The position numbers and the translations under genes are program-made. Positions 25,509 through 39,289 of a stretch of DNA of 64,000 nucleotides are shown piece after piece. A model generated the notes under the pieces. It was not told the DNA's origin. It was given only the letters and a program-made list of their open reading frames with translations, and did no database searches. The DNA lies in contig OZ199838.1 in NCBI GenBank assembly GCA_964304625.1, forward strand, positions 15,117,650 to 15,181,649, written 5' to 3'. Every line of letters starts with the position of its first letter. Position 1 is the stretch's first letter. This stretch comes from Kudoa neothunni (taxonomy: Eukaryota; Animalia; Cnidaria).

Positions 25509-28227
25509 ATGGCGACTCAGACACCTGTTATTGTTATGAGTAATAATTGCCAAGTTGGTAGGCGTATCACATGTACTTTTATTCATTAGAGGACACGCAA
25601 AAGCGTGAAAGTGGGCGAAGTGTACAACTTTCTAATATTGTTGCAGCTAAAGCCATATGTGATATTTTATCCACTTGTCTGGGACCAAAAGCTATGTTGA
25701 AAGTAAAAAAAAAAGATATAACCGCGATCATTGCATGAAATCTCAATTGTATTCTCATGTAGATGCTTATGGATCCAATGGGTGGAATTGTGATCACCAA
25801 CGATGGTAACGCCATTCTCCGAGAAATCACTGTGCAACATCCAGCCGCCAAAAGTATTATTGAAATTGCCAGAACTCAAGAAGAGGAAGTGGGTGATGGT
25901 ACCACCTCGGTTGTTATTTTGGGTATGGGTTGAAATTCAATTGATTATCTTTTGTAAAGTTGTTTAAAGTTGTATTTTCTTAACAAATTATTCTGTATTG
26001 CATATTTGAGTTGTTTTATATGCTGTGTTTAGCTGGTGAATTGTTGGCTGCTGCGGAGCCTTTTCTCGAACAAAATCTTCACCCTTTACACATTATTAAA
26101 GGATTCAGAATGGCTCTCGATGATGCGACCAATTTTTTAAAAACCAAATTAGCGTAATTCTAAATTGTGTTACCATCTTCATATGTATTTCGACTTATGT
26201 AGCTCTCCTATTAACCCAAAAAACAAAGCAGATATTATTTCGGTAATTAGGAGTTGTCTTGGCACTAAAATTTCCTCGCAATGGTAATATTTTGTTGATT
26301 TTTTTATTTTCAAACTAATATCTAGGTCCGAATTAACGTGCTCTTTCGCGTGGGAAGCCGTCAACACTGTTTTCACAGATCAAGGTGGCAAAAAAGAAGC
26401 TGACATTAAAAGATATGTCAGAATTGAAAAGGTTATTTTATTTTCGTTATCTCTTGTCATTACTATATATAAATTCATCAATGGTTAAGACCATACTCAA
26501 TCATATTTATTCCGAATAGTTTGACTATTAATATTTCTATTTAAAGTACGAATGATAATTGAGAGTTTAAATGCAAGTTGTGATACTTTCTAAGAGTTTC
26601 TCGATTAAAAATAAGTTACACGTATGCGCATATAATAATTGAAGTTGATTTTTTTCAATCAAACAACCAAAAAGTTATAAGAAATAAAAACTTTACTAAT
26701 GAAATTATATGCGAGGAAACTGTTATTTGAATTTCATAGCCGCGCCTATTAATTATTATTAAGCCTATCAAAATTATTTTCTCATTGAATTAAGTAGATT
26801 CCTGGAGGGAGTATTGAAGAATCTTGCATTTTACGAGGTGTCGTGCTCAACAAAGACATTCTCCATCCATCTATGCCCAGGTATTAACTCTGTGTCAATC
26901 ATCGGCCCAATATAACACTCAAATATGCACATAGATATATCACTAATCCTCGCATTCTGTTGTTGGATTGTGGACTCGAATACAAAAAGGGTGAAAGTGT
27001 GGTATGCATTCAGTTTGAATTTTTCATCATAGTGGATAATCATTTTATTAATTAGACGAATATCGAAGTAATTAAGGAAGAAGACTTTGAGTGATTTCAT
27101 TCGATTCACTCAACACTTGATAGAATTTTATTGTAGTCGTTTATTGAAGCTCGAGGAAGAAGCTATCAAAAAGATGTGTATTGATATTGTCAAACATAAA
27201 CCCAACTTGGTTATTACTGAAAAAGGATGCTCAGGTTCGCGTTGTTTTTTTGAGAAAACAAAAAAATGATAATTCGTTCTGTTATAGATCTTGCTATGTA
27301 TTATTTGTCAAAAGCTGGTATTGCCGTTCTTAGACGAACCAAAAAAACCGATAACAATCGCATCGCAAAGTAATTACTTTTATGATTCTTCGAAAAAATT
27401 TACTTATTGATTGCCTTTCAGAGCCACTGGCGCGGTTATTGTCAACCGCACCGAAGATATCAAGGAAGAAGATATTGGAAAAGGTTGTGGATTGTTCGAA
27501 GTGAAAAAAATCGGCGACGAGTAGTTTTTTTGTTGAATGATTGATTGATTTTTCCACTCATTGTAGATACTACTCATTCTTGGTCGAATGCAAAAGCCCC
27601 AAAGCATGCTCCATTATCCTACGTGGTGCTAACAAAGATTTCCTCAATGAAGTATGCTTCTCACTATTTTCCAATATAAGAACTGGTGTGGTAGATTGAT
27701 CGAAATTTGCATGATGCATTGTCAGTGGCTAGAAATATCCTTTTTGATCCTAGTGTCATACCGGGTGGTGGTGCCGCTGAAATGGCCATTTCCACCCACT
27801 TACAAAACAAATCCCAGTCGATCGATAACATTCATCAATATCCCTACCAAGCTGCTGCAAAGGCTCTTGAAATTATACCCAAGATTCTTATCAAGAATTG
27901 TGGGCATAACCCCATCCGTGTTCTTACCGAATTGAGGGTAATTTGATGTGTTTGTGTATATAGACTTACTATGCATTATTTTAGTCCAAACATTCCACTG
28001 ACAACAACTACCAGTTTGGAATTAATGGCAAAACCGGCGTGGTAGCTAACATGAAAGAACTAGGAGTTCTGGATAGCACCCTCGTCCGAATTCAAGTCCT
28101 GAAAGTTGCATTTGAAGTTGCTATTCTTTTGTTGAAGATTGATGATATTGTGTCCGGTACCAAGAAGCAAATGGATCCTGACGCCAAAATCGTTCCAGAA
28201 GGTCCAGCCGCCCCTCACATGGCCTGA
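25509..28227 (+). CDS. CCT3: T-complex protein 1 subunit gamma, 15 exons
   Basis: [72 protein letters not shown] and [10 protein letters not shown]. Fourteen GT-AG introns keep the frame. Confidence 0.97.
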
Positions 28228-28638
28228 TTGTACCAGTTTGCTTTGATTCTTCGAAATATGTTATAGTTGCTGTGTTATTTCTAAATGGAACAACAACACC
28301 CAATATAAGACTTAGAAATTTGTTTTAGTCATCTTGTCTAATGATTGCGTGTTTGAAATCTATCTTCATCACCCAAAACATTGCTTTTTAAATTAGAATT
28401 TTGTATCGAGTCAAGCTAAAATTTATCTTAACTTTTGAGGTCGAGAGTAGATTATAGTAGTGCTGATCCCCAACTTTGTCCGGTGGTGACTAGTGGTGCG
28501 GTTTTTATAATTTGTAGGTATTTTTGTTATAGAGCAGGTGAATATTAAGTAAAATTTCTATGCGTATTTATAGAAATTTATAATACCATTTTATTTTGCA
28601 CATGGTTTGTTTAACCTTAAGTCACATGAAAGTTTACA

Positions 28639-29963
28639 TCCTCTAAGTGTAATTGGGGTCCACAATGCCCCGCGTTTTTATTTGATAACGTGTTTGAAAA
28701 AATGATAATATGTATTTTTGGAAGTTTTAAAAATATTTGATCGATTATATATTCAGTAATTTCACAAATGACATCATGTAATATCGTTTGCGCGTGTGCG
28801 AATGATAAAAAAATATTTTAACCACAGCGTATGCGTATGTATACTTTTGGTATCACATATTTTATATAGACATAATTAAAATCCAGCTCATTTAGTAAAA
28901 TTAATTCTTTATTTAATTTGCACTCTAAGTGATCAAAAACATCATAATCGTGTATACACTATTGCATAAAACAGGTAACATAGATACGCTTGAAATGTTC
29001 ATTAGGGCGGAAAAAACATTTAAAAAACCCACAGAAATATGCCGTAGTTCATCAACATGGCGGCAATTTACAGATTATTTTGTTACCTCAATATTTTCCA
29101 CATCACCAAAATGTGAAACGCGCATTATTTGGAGAAATTTATGTAATGAGAGTAAATCACGATATATTTTATCTTCTTCTAACCCAAGTATCTCTTTAAC
29201 CGATGCTAGATTATCCTTGTGATATCCCATCAGAAATAAACGGCTAATGGACCCATACAATTCGATCCATCTATCACCAAAAATTTTTCCACCCATATAT
29301 TGGTATATTTCAAAATAATGGCGTACATAACAGAATTAAATATTATTCCGAAAGTATCAATTGTATTCTTTAATAAAAATGGAGAGATACCAGGATGACT
29401 ATTCATAATATTTGCAACACATGTTCTAGATGCCAACGGCGGGTTCATCGACCATAACGTTCCGTTCTTGTGTATTAATGAATTAAGTTGTATATCTGTG
29501 TCAATATCAAATTTTTATAACGATAAATAATCATGAAACGACGAAAATGAATCTGAAGACTCGGTATCGGAGTAATTACTATTAAGATCACTTGAACACA
29601 TCATTGAAATTAATTATGGTACATGCGAGATGTAAATTAAGATATGATATTCATGCAATAAAAATATATTTACCCAATAGAATTTTTTCAAACGTCGTCA
29701 AAACATTTACTTCAATATTTTGGATAATCAGATGAAAAGAAATCATGGGGTCTTTCTGACCCCAATTTTACTTTTTACTTGAAGGGTGTTTTTGCATTAA
29801 CTTTTTTCTACGGAATGAAAAAGTTTGTTGATTAGTGGAGTTTTACTACCGAAAATTTTAGAAGTATATTCTACCTGCCAAAACTTTTCCACAAGTTAAT
29901 GTGGTGGAAAATTGATAACTAATGTCGCCTAGGGTTCAAAAGGCCCCAATTATATTTAGAGGC
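28639..29963 (-). mobile_element. Non-autonomous piggyBac (internally deleted)
   Basis: TIRs cctctaagtgtaattggggtc and gccccaattatatttagaggc|TTAA, with inner repeat ggggtctttctgacccc at 29747. Transposase N-terminal remnant MCSSDLNSNYSDTESSD...HKNGTLWSMNPPLASRT. Confidence 0.8.
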
Positions 29964-30554
29964 TTAAACGATATACATTTATTGTCTGCAGTAAATAAAA
30001 TATTTAAGTCATAATATGCATAAATATGGATATTAAAATCAATTTAAATCATAAAAGAAAGTTTCTGGCTTTATTTGAAAAACTTGATTCGCCCTGAAAA
30101 TACATATATAGGCTCAAATAGCAGGAATGACCTCACAGTCATGATAACTGAACCTGATACCTCCCAGTAAACGTAACAATGGTCAAATTCTCATCTCGAA
30201 CCCTTTCACAATTTTAATTGTCTAATGTTATTTTCAAGAAGACGACTATGAGCTGAATTTCTACAATTATTGGAACAAAGAGCGAATGGAATACGTTGAG
30301 GATTCCATTTATAATAGAATTTTTCCGCACAAGTAAAAAAACAATGAAAATATAATTTTCAAAATTTAATATTTATATATATATGTATAGATGTGATGTT
30401 AGTAGTATATTCATACCACTTAAAACAACACCAAGCAAAATTTACTAAGACTTATTATCTAAATCTATACATGAACGAAATATACATCAGAGAATGTAAG
30501 AAACATCTCTGTACAAGAGGATGAAATCAGCACAAAGACAATCATCTCTGTGTG

Positions 30555-32946
30555 CTAATTTCTGTTTGCAATTTTGTACACAACTTCTCTTGCGATAGCA
30601 AAAGTAGCAGCAGAGAACAATCCTAAGTGAAAAAATCACAATGAGCGCAAATAATTCCCCCAAAATTACCCGAAACAGGGAGAGTAACCAACCAAGAAAT
30701 GACGATATTTAGAATGATTTTGAAATTTACACTTTTTCTACCATTTCGTATGATTCCGACGGCAAGTACGCTGCCGATTTGGCAATGGGTGGTACTGACG
30801 GGAAGATGGAATTTGGTAGCCACCAAAACAGTTAACGCCGATCCGAACTCAATGGCGAACCCACTAGAAAATCAATAGCAGATTAATCAAATAAACATGA
30901 TAGGAACAACCTGGCAGGTGAAATCTTGGTAATATTTTTCCCGATTGTGGCGATGACACGTTTGCCCAGAATAATCAAACCAACAATCATACCACCGCTT
31001 CCATATATAAGAATCCAAACATATGGTGTTGATTTACCGCCGATCTGTCCACTTCGATAGCTAAGCCATATGTTCATGAGAGGACTGATTGAGTTGCTAA
31101 TATCATTTCCACCGTGCACGAATGCTCCAAAGCAAGCCATAATAATTTGGAGGTGATGGAAAAGAATATTGGTTCGTGGGTCCTTACAGCCACGACGTGC
31201 GTCATCGCAAATTTCGATCGCTTCACTGCTGGATGGATGTGTGCCTTTGGTGGGAGAATCAGAGGAGCATGGAGAATTTTTCCCGCTTTCATTTTTGTTA
31301 TTGTTGGTTTGTTTGTGATTGTCTTGAAGTGGAGAAGATGACGCGTTAGTATTTGTGGTTTGAGAAGGAACAATTGCTTCAACATTTGTTGTTGGTTTGG
31401 ATGAGGGTGCATCGTTGGTATCCGCTAAAAACACAATCTTAAAATCCACACAAACAAAATCATAAAATTAAATATATTCCAAAATAGGGATCTATTCGAA
31501 TAGAAATGTTAGCAACGAGACTAAAAAGTCACTGAGAACAGAGACATTAGCCAGTGATAGTAAACCCGCACAGCGGATCTCTCAACACTGCCACCAACCA
31601 TGCAATAAGGAATATAATCTTACATGTTGGTGATGTGGTGAATTTTGAGCTGATAGTCCTTTCCTCCTACAGAAAGTAAGTCAAATGTGTGCACAGTTAT
31701 AGTGATAGACATTACTTTCTGTTGAACGGTTTGGTTAATCTTACGTTTAGTGCGTGGATTTATAACAAAGATTGTTAGACAAAGCACCACAACCCCACAT
31801 CCAAACGATAATATTACAACCCCCCAAACAGGGACTTGGTCAAACCTTAACACTATTCAACAATTTAATAAACGCAAAATTTAATGCGAAAAAATACATG
31901 TGGAGCCATCGTGAACAACGGAGAACACATTGACGAATACAGTTACAAAGTAGATAAATGGAACAACCTTCAAACATCGTTCAAACGAATTATGCTACAT
32001 AAAAATGGATTGGATGAAATTAACGATTAATTAAGTTACTTTTTTCAGAACAAATTTATATAACAAATAATAAATTGATGACGAAATAATACCACTGATG
32101 GCGGGTGACAGAAACCATGAGGCAACAATTTTTCCAATTCCTTTCCATGCAATACTTTGAGGTCCAAGTGCTACCATACCTGCTCCGACAGTCGATCCGA
32201 CTATACTATGAGTAGTTGACACAGGAAGACTGAACAAGTTGGCTATTGCCAGCCATGAGGCAGATCCCATCAAAGCACCAATCGACAATTCCATATTGAT
32301 CATGTCGGCACAATTACGAATTCCATCGTCATTTTGGACATCGTTGGTATCTTTTTTTGGAGGGTCTACGGGGATGGTTTCTGGACGTCTGCAACTCGAC
32401 GTAGGTGGATAATATCGGGGTATGTCATCAATGTTGGTGATATTTTTCCGGACAGTGTCTATTGTAACCATGAGGTGTTAACTGACACGAATTACATTTT
32501 CAAATTGAATATCAATGAAAAAACAGTGAAAGCGTTTGTGTGTGCACATATAAACAATATGTAAAGAGAGGGTTTGTAATCTCAAACCAAACCGAATCAC
32601 CAACTGAATCCGGCGGTTGACTACCTACCTACCTACCCTCCCTCAATACACTCACAACTAATACACTGTCCATCAAATATCCAATAGAAAACATCTTTTT
32701 AATAGATGGGGATGAATAACTCATACCCGAAACTTTAAAACCCAATAGAATCGACCCAGATAGCTCAAATATGGAGGCAATGATAAAAACTTGCCACAAC
32801 TTCAATGTGTTTGTTCCGACAACTGTACCAAAAAAATTGGCGACATCATTTGCGCCAACTCCGAACGCAAGTATGAATGCTATGATAAAAGCAACCACAA
32901 CGAATGAGATGACAACCGGTCCATTTGCAGCCAATTCAACAACCAT
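30555..32946 (-). CDS. PiT: Sodium-dependent phosphate transporter, SLC20/PiT family
   Basis: Both signature motifs (GVGANDVAN and HGGNDISN), plus [29 protein letters not shown] and [12 protein letters not shown]. Last exon [22 protein letters not shown]. Confidence 0.95.
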
Positions 32947-34779
32947 ATTTCACAGTGAGTAACTTGGGCGAAATTAGGAACAACCAAGTATAAAACAAAC
33001 TTGTTTTATTGTAACAATAACGAGCTGTCAATTTCAACTAAGCGTGCTGAGCGATGTGCGAGTTCTAATCGTTATATTGCCAAATGCCAAAGCCTATAAT
33101 CTATCCTATTAAACTCTGCAATATTTAAGCGATGATCTCGGCCAGTAAAATTCTCTCATATCACCTCTACTCATTAATCTAGCGGTAAACGATTGTGGAG
33201 AAGTTTAAATATTCGGGACTAATGAATGAAATTTCATGGATGGTGTCAACCCCCTAACGTGATCACTTAAAGGTCTCTATCCATAGTTACTAATCGGATT
33301 AATTCTTATGATCCATTTATTGTAACTTTCACTTTTGTAAACAGCTGAGTGTTGTTTGAAAAACTAGTGGTCGATTATGAATCGATCAATAGAACAAATT
33401 CTCGCATTCCTAATTAGTTCTTAGTGAAATCAGCACATACCATTCATCTCATAAAATCCTATTAATATCACTTAATACTGCTACGTGTAATATTGAACAA
33501 ATTTTGTCACGTTAATTTCAAATGCATTTAATCAAAATTATTACATCGGTATTTAGACTTAATTAGTGGTGTTGAATTTTTGGTATCATAACATTTATTA
33601 GCATTGTTTTGGTAATCATCGAATTAATTTAATTATTTTTTATATGCATCAAATTAGATTATTTAAAAATAATTATTTTAAAGAGGAATCACAAAATTTT
33701 TAACCTAGTGGTTATCAATGAAAATATTTATTTTCATTACTGACTAAGCCTAACAAAAGCAATCTCCGTATTCGTAGTCTCATCTGTTTAGGATTAAATC
33801 TGTACCTTAATGTGTTGTTTAATTGATTTATATTTTTTATTAAACAACTCAATAAATAAATTAGTTTATTAATCGTAAAATGGATATATGAAGGGTTAAT
33901 AAAAGGTTAAGTTTCATTAAACGTTGTTGATCGCAAATGTGGCGTTATTCTGTTTTTTACACCTTAACAGAATGCCAGTAAGCTATGAACAGCGGTAAAT
34001 GTAAGATCATGTTAAGAAGATTATGGGGTTTCATGTTTTTATCGATTCCAAAGATTTTCCACCTATGGAATAATACTTTTTCCCTATAGAGTGTGTAATT
34101 CGATTGAATGCAATACGAATGCTTTTATTTAGCAACTCTAATTACCTTTACAATAAGGTAATTTAAATGGAACCACACAATAAAATTTTAATACTTATTG
34201 ACTTAATATGATTACCTATCACATTCGTATTATTCATCCATTGTTATAAAGAAATACATATATCTTTATAAAAATATTTAAATATATTCATAAAATAACA
34301 TCATGATAAAATTAGAGTCTTATACTAAGCGCTCGCATGTAAAATTTGTCGTCCTTTTAATTTAGAGAGTAAATATACGTAAAACACGAATTGAGTTGAT
34401 TTATGATGAATTATAATCTAGAATGCATTAGTAATATTATAATAATAAATTAAAAATAATATAGAAATTGAATCGTACTTCACATGAAGGGCATGGTACC
34501 GAACATACAACTTTTCAAGCCGCCTTGCTTCTAATACTCAGATTATAAAGTGATTAAAATAATGGCTAATACAGTTGATGGCAGGTGGTTCGTAGCTTTC
34601 GAAAATATGTAAAAATTAGAAATTATAAAGAAAATGAATTATTATATTTTAACTCAAAATACACATTATAGTAAACACACTAAGTGGAAAAAATATTAGC
34701 TGTCTAATAATTAATAATTAAATTTTTGTAGTTTTCCTTATTTTTATAGATTAATGTGTGGTTCGTAACTTTATAGGTG

Positions 34780-35480
34780 AACAAACGTCTAGATTTATTT
34801 GTATACACTTTTGATTGATGATAAAAATACAAAACAATGCTAGATCTATTTCTGAAAAATAAAAAAATAATCAATTATTTTGACAGTCAGTCAAATGCAG
34901 AGGTAAAATCAAGAACTACAAAACTCTGTAATACATCAGCCTTAACTACATTGTTTTGTTTTAAATAAAGATGATATAATTGGCGCAGTTTGATCTTAGA
35001 AAATACGGAATACTTAAAAAACAATAAAGAAATGATTTTTTGTTTTTAGACTAAGCCAACTGTCATGCATAATTGGAATATTCAAATATTCAACTAATTT
35101 TTTTTCCCAACAACACTCCGAGTGCTCTCCGACCCATAGTTGAGAGCATAATATACTCGTTTAAATTCCACTATAAAATATATACAATAAAACTCTACAT
35201 TTCTTCGGCCAAAGCTTCGATGAAACCTGTATCTACTAATATTCTGAATGCCATATTTTGATTGCAAATTCTTGGTATTCGATGACTAAATCAACTATTT
35301 TTAATTGTTTTGTTATGGCGAAATCTAATCTCAAATAATATTTGTATTATTATTGATAATTTTGATAAAACAACGATTAAAATTTAGAATACAAATTTCT
35401 TAATGAGATAAATGAAATGAACAATGATGAAATAGGCTAATATCGGCTTTAGATCAGATTAATCCGGATTATTTCTTGTT
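34780..35480 (+). mobile_element. pogo/Tigger transposase remnant
   Basis: ORF 35073-35261 FFPNNTPSALRPIVESIIYSFKFHY matches the DDE_1 motif FLPPNTTSxLQPMDQGIIxxFKxxY. Boundaries approximate. Confidence 0.6.
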
Positions 35481-35523
35481 CTAGCGCGGCTTAATTTTAG
35501 GATTAAAACAAAGCATGGAGATA

Positions 35524-37050
35524 CAGTAAGGCCTCGATATAGGGAGGTTTTTTCGAGAATGCAATTTACCACCCAATAGCAAGGTATCGCGCGTGTTCAC
35601 GCAATATTAATATTAAAACTTTTTGACGAAATAACTATCTATTTTAGTTTTTTTTGCGGTTTAAATATTTCTTATAAAGATTCATAACGGGATGTAGGGA
35701 GAGCAGGGCTGAAGGCTTTTCTAATTGTGTTGATTGAGACTTTGATTGTTTCGTTGAAACTGTTTGTTTTCGAAATCAAAGTCGCGGTCTTAATTATGCA
35801 CAGAGATTTTGAAGTTTCTTACGTCATAGATCACAGATTAATTATCATAAACAGTTTCGGCCTCCTCCATATCATCAACATTATCGAGATCATCTAAAAT
35901 AATCGAAAAAAAACAAGACACAACTAGTACCGTCAATAATTACTTACTTTTCATAATTTGAGCCGATGAATAATTTATTATTATATATATATAAAATATT
36001 TTTAATCTAATAAATCACAATCACAGAAAATAGGAGATTTCTTGAAACCATTTACGATAACGGAACTACTGACTGTTTTTCAAGCATTTCTTAGAATATT
36101 CAAACAACATTATATGGTGTATTTCGAAGTATTTGTGGCATTTACGTTAAATAAAAGATTTTGGGACAGAATATATGCATAATTAGCTTTTAGATTATGA
36201 ATAATACCGACGTCCATTGACTGCACGATGCTGGTTTCAATTTTAGGGAGAGAAATCCATTTGATATTTTTAAATGAATTATATATTGGGATTGAAAAAG
36301 GCATTGATCTTGTAGTATATAATCGTTTCCACTTTTTATAATAAATTTGTTATCTGTCTTTTAGCGTCACATAAAAAATGGCTGCAAATATTCTGCCATT
36401 CTGTTGAAACATACCAACAACATAAAGTAGTAGCTTTTCGCCGTAAAATGAGGTGGTTACCAAAATGGAACCTCTTTTTTTATTTTTTACAACCCCTCTT
36501 TTAGATTTCCTTTTTAATGTATATGTACACTGGGAAACTTTTCCGAAAAAAGAGTAGATTTATCTGGATTAAAATTATTTTTATTATTGTAACAACTTAT
36601 TACCTTGAAATTTATTCGACCCATTCATTAACTGACATATCGGCGCCAGCTGCCTGTTCATCGAGCTTGCTGATATTTAGACTCAACAGCTTTTGAATTT
36701 ACACAACCTCCCATTATTAAGATGAAATTTTTTTATTTGAACCATGCTAGCTCAAGAACCGCCTTTCTTTAATTTTAAATTTTGACAATTTTTTCAGTTT
36801 TGCTCGCATGCTAACAATTCAGTTATACAACTCACTCTCAATCTGGGTGTATTTTCCGTGAGAAATCCGCATTCAGTCAATCGAAATGCTTGTACACACC
36901 AAATAGCTTTTTTTGATAATATCATACGGGGAGGGGAATGGCCTATACTTATTTCTCGAAGACGAAAATCTGGTCAATGCTTGATAGGTTAAAATGCTTC
37001 ATTATCATCATATTGACATCCGATATTGCTTTAATCTATTCGTAATATTG
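35524..37050 (-). mobile_element. Tigger/pogo element remnant
   Basis: TA|cagtaaggcctcgatata TIR at 35524. Minus-strand ISLPKIETSIVQSMDVGIIHNLKANY (DDE_1 motif). Confidence 0.7.
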
Positions 37051-37055
37051 AACTA

Positions 37056-37964
37056 CAGTAAGTAACCAATTTCACGCACTTTTTAAAAACCTATTTAGTT
37101 AGAATATTGATAAGTAATTGTTTATATAATATTTCAATCAAAATTTTTGTAAAAATTATTTTATAAAGTTGCTAAATAACGTAACCAAGGGTCACGTGGT
37201 TAACCAATTTCACGCATTTTTTCGGGTACTTCTTGTTTATTATTTAGTTAGGTCGATATTTAATGCCATAAAACTGCAAATGTATCGCATTTTTAAATAT
37301 TTATTATCTCGACTCCTAATGGCATCCCAGAGATGAAAAATAAAATAAACAAAACCTATAAATATATGCAGAATCTAAAGATAGAAATTATTTACGTGAA
37401 GGACAATTTAATTCCGTTGATGAAGATGTATATGAGTGGATTGGGTGGGCACGAAGCAGAAAGATTGTAGTAAGCGTCGTCACGATAATCATCCAGAGAA
37501 ATCAATTGGTAAAAAACAGGTTTACCTTCGCGTGCAATTCGTGATAGGTTTCACTCTTTTAAAAAAAGGTCCAACATTAAAAAATCAAATTTTATTAGCT
37601 AATCTTCTAATGCTACATCTGAAACTACTTCAAAGTAGACCAATCAAATCAGAACATTTTTAAAAGATACTCTGAAAATTTTATTTACAATGTAGACGAA
37701 ATTGAATTATTCTACTGATGGCACGAAGAGTATTTCATAGATCGTTGAAAAATATTTTTGTGCCGTTAACACGTTTCTCGAGTTTTAATTATCGTTTAGA
37801 AATTAATATATAGTTAACTAGCCTTTATAAACGCAATTCAATCACTTTGAATGCCAATTTTTTCTGGAATCATCGAGCGCGCAAGTGCGTGAAATTGGAT
37901 GTGACCGGTTTTACGCACTTTTTTCTTAGTCCCGAGGGGATCACGTGAAATTGGTTTCTTATTG
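37056..37964 (+). mobile_element. pogo/Tigger-type deletion derivative with TA TSD
   Basis: TA|cagtaagtaaccaatttcacg ... cgtgaaattggtttcttattg|TA, with internal copies of the TIR core at ~37202 and ~37886. Remnant VDEDVYEWIGWAR resembles the CENP-B-type HTH. Confidence 0.8.
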
Positions 37965-38049
37965 TATAATATTGTTTAATTTTGGGTTTATAACATTATT
38001 TATTTTACGTTTACTAGCCCCGTACACACAAAACTCTTTCCAAATGAAG

Positions 38050-38333
38050 ATTGGATTACCACGAGTTTCATTTGACGCTGCTTTTGGAAGAATGAAGAAC
38101 TAAAGATGTTAATTTTTAAGGTCCATGGATAAATTAACTTAGATCTGATCGAATACTCTTTAATGAGAAAAGAAGTATATATTAATTTCTTTTAAATTTT
38201 AATATGATAGGGAGATTTATTCAATGTTATAAACAGTTTAAGTTATAAAAATCAACATCTTTGTAAAAGGTGGGCACGGAACGTCTTCTCAAGAAAAAGT
38301 GGCGCACGATGGAAAAAAGGTTGGGAAACATTG
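38050..38333 (+). repeat. hAT/Charlie 3' end repeat, copy 2
   Basis: Direct repeat of 23010-23301, ending aaaaggttgggaaacattg. Confidence 0.75.
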
Positions 38334-39289
38334 CATTAACGTATAAATTTAACGATTAATATAATCCCTTCCTCGATCGCCACGCAAGTACGAGAAATAA
38401 ACCGGATTAATTTTTTCTAAAGTCGATATTAGCCTTGATTGTAATGATTCCTATCCTACCGCTTCGTAGTTAGTGACTAAGAATAATTTAATCATCATAC
38501 AACGTGTGAACAAGAGTTGCAGAAATTAAAAGTTTCAACGCGCACGCGTATGTGGCCTTATTATTAAGACTTGCTGGGTCAATATCCTCTGCCATTATAA
38601 ATTAATATGTTTGAAATATTTTACGCGAGATGTCAATCACGTGATTTGTCATCCTATAACACTAAGGATGCTGTAGTTTAACCCATATCTCTGTATAAGA
38701 GTATTTGCACAAACACCCAAATGGGCACACCTACTTCTGAGTAGCAATAGAAATAGAAATAGAGAGTAGGGGGTTGTTTTGCTTAAGCGCATTACTTAAT
38801 TTCGAAAATGTACCAAATATCAATTAGTCACTGTATCACAAATTTTTCAAACTTAAATTTCAGAAGCGCCCTAAAATTTGAAGAATGAACATATCTAAGG
38901 TTATAGGTTGATTTTCTGAAAGACAAAGTTTTGTAGTCTCATTTACAGTTTGACCATCGAATGAGCAATAAAATAAATTGGTTAAATAATATGGTAAACT
39001 TAACACACTTAATCTGAGTCCATTCAATCAATTTTTGATAGGGAAAATCGTGTTAGTTTGAATTTCATAGCAACAATTATAAGAAAACAAATTATAAATC
39101 ACATGAAAATGTATTTATTATTATTATTATTAAGATTCCTGGAATTTTATTAGAGATGATTCCTTTTAATTCACATAATAGTATGCTCTGGTCACATTAA
39201 GTTTAACTTAGGCGTAAGAATAATTGGGGGAGGGGGGGGAGGACAAACACGTCTAAGGCGCCCGATACGCGTGCGCGAATTGGGAGAAG

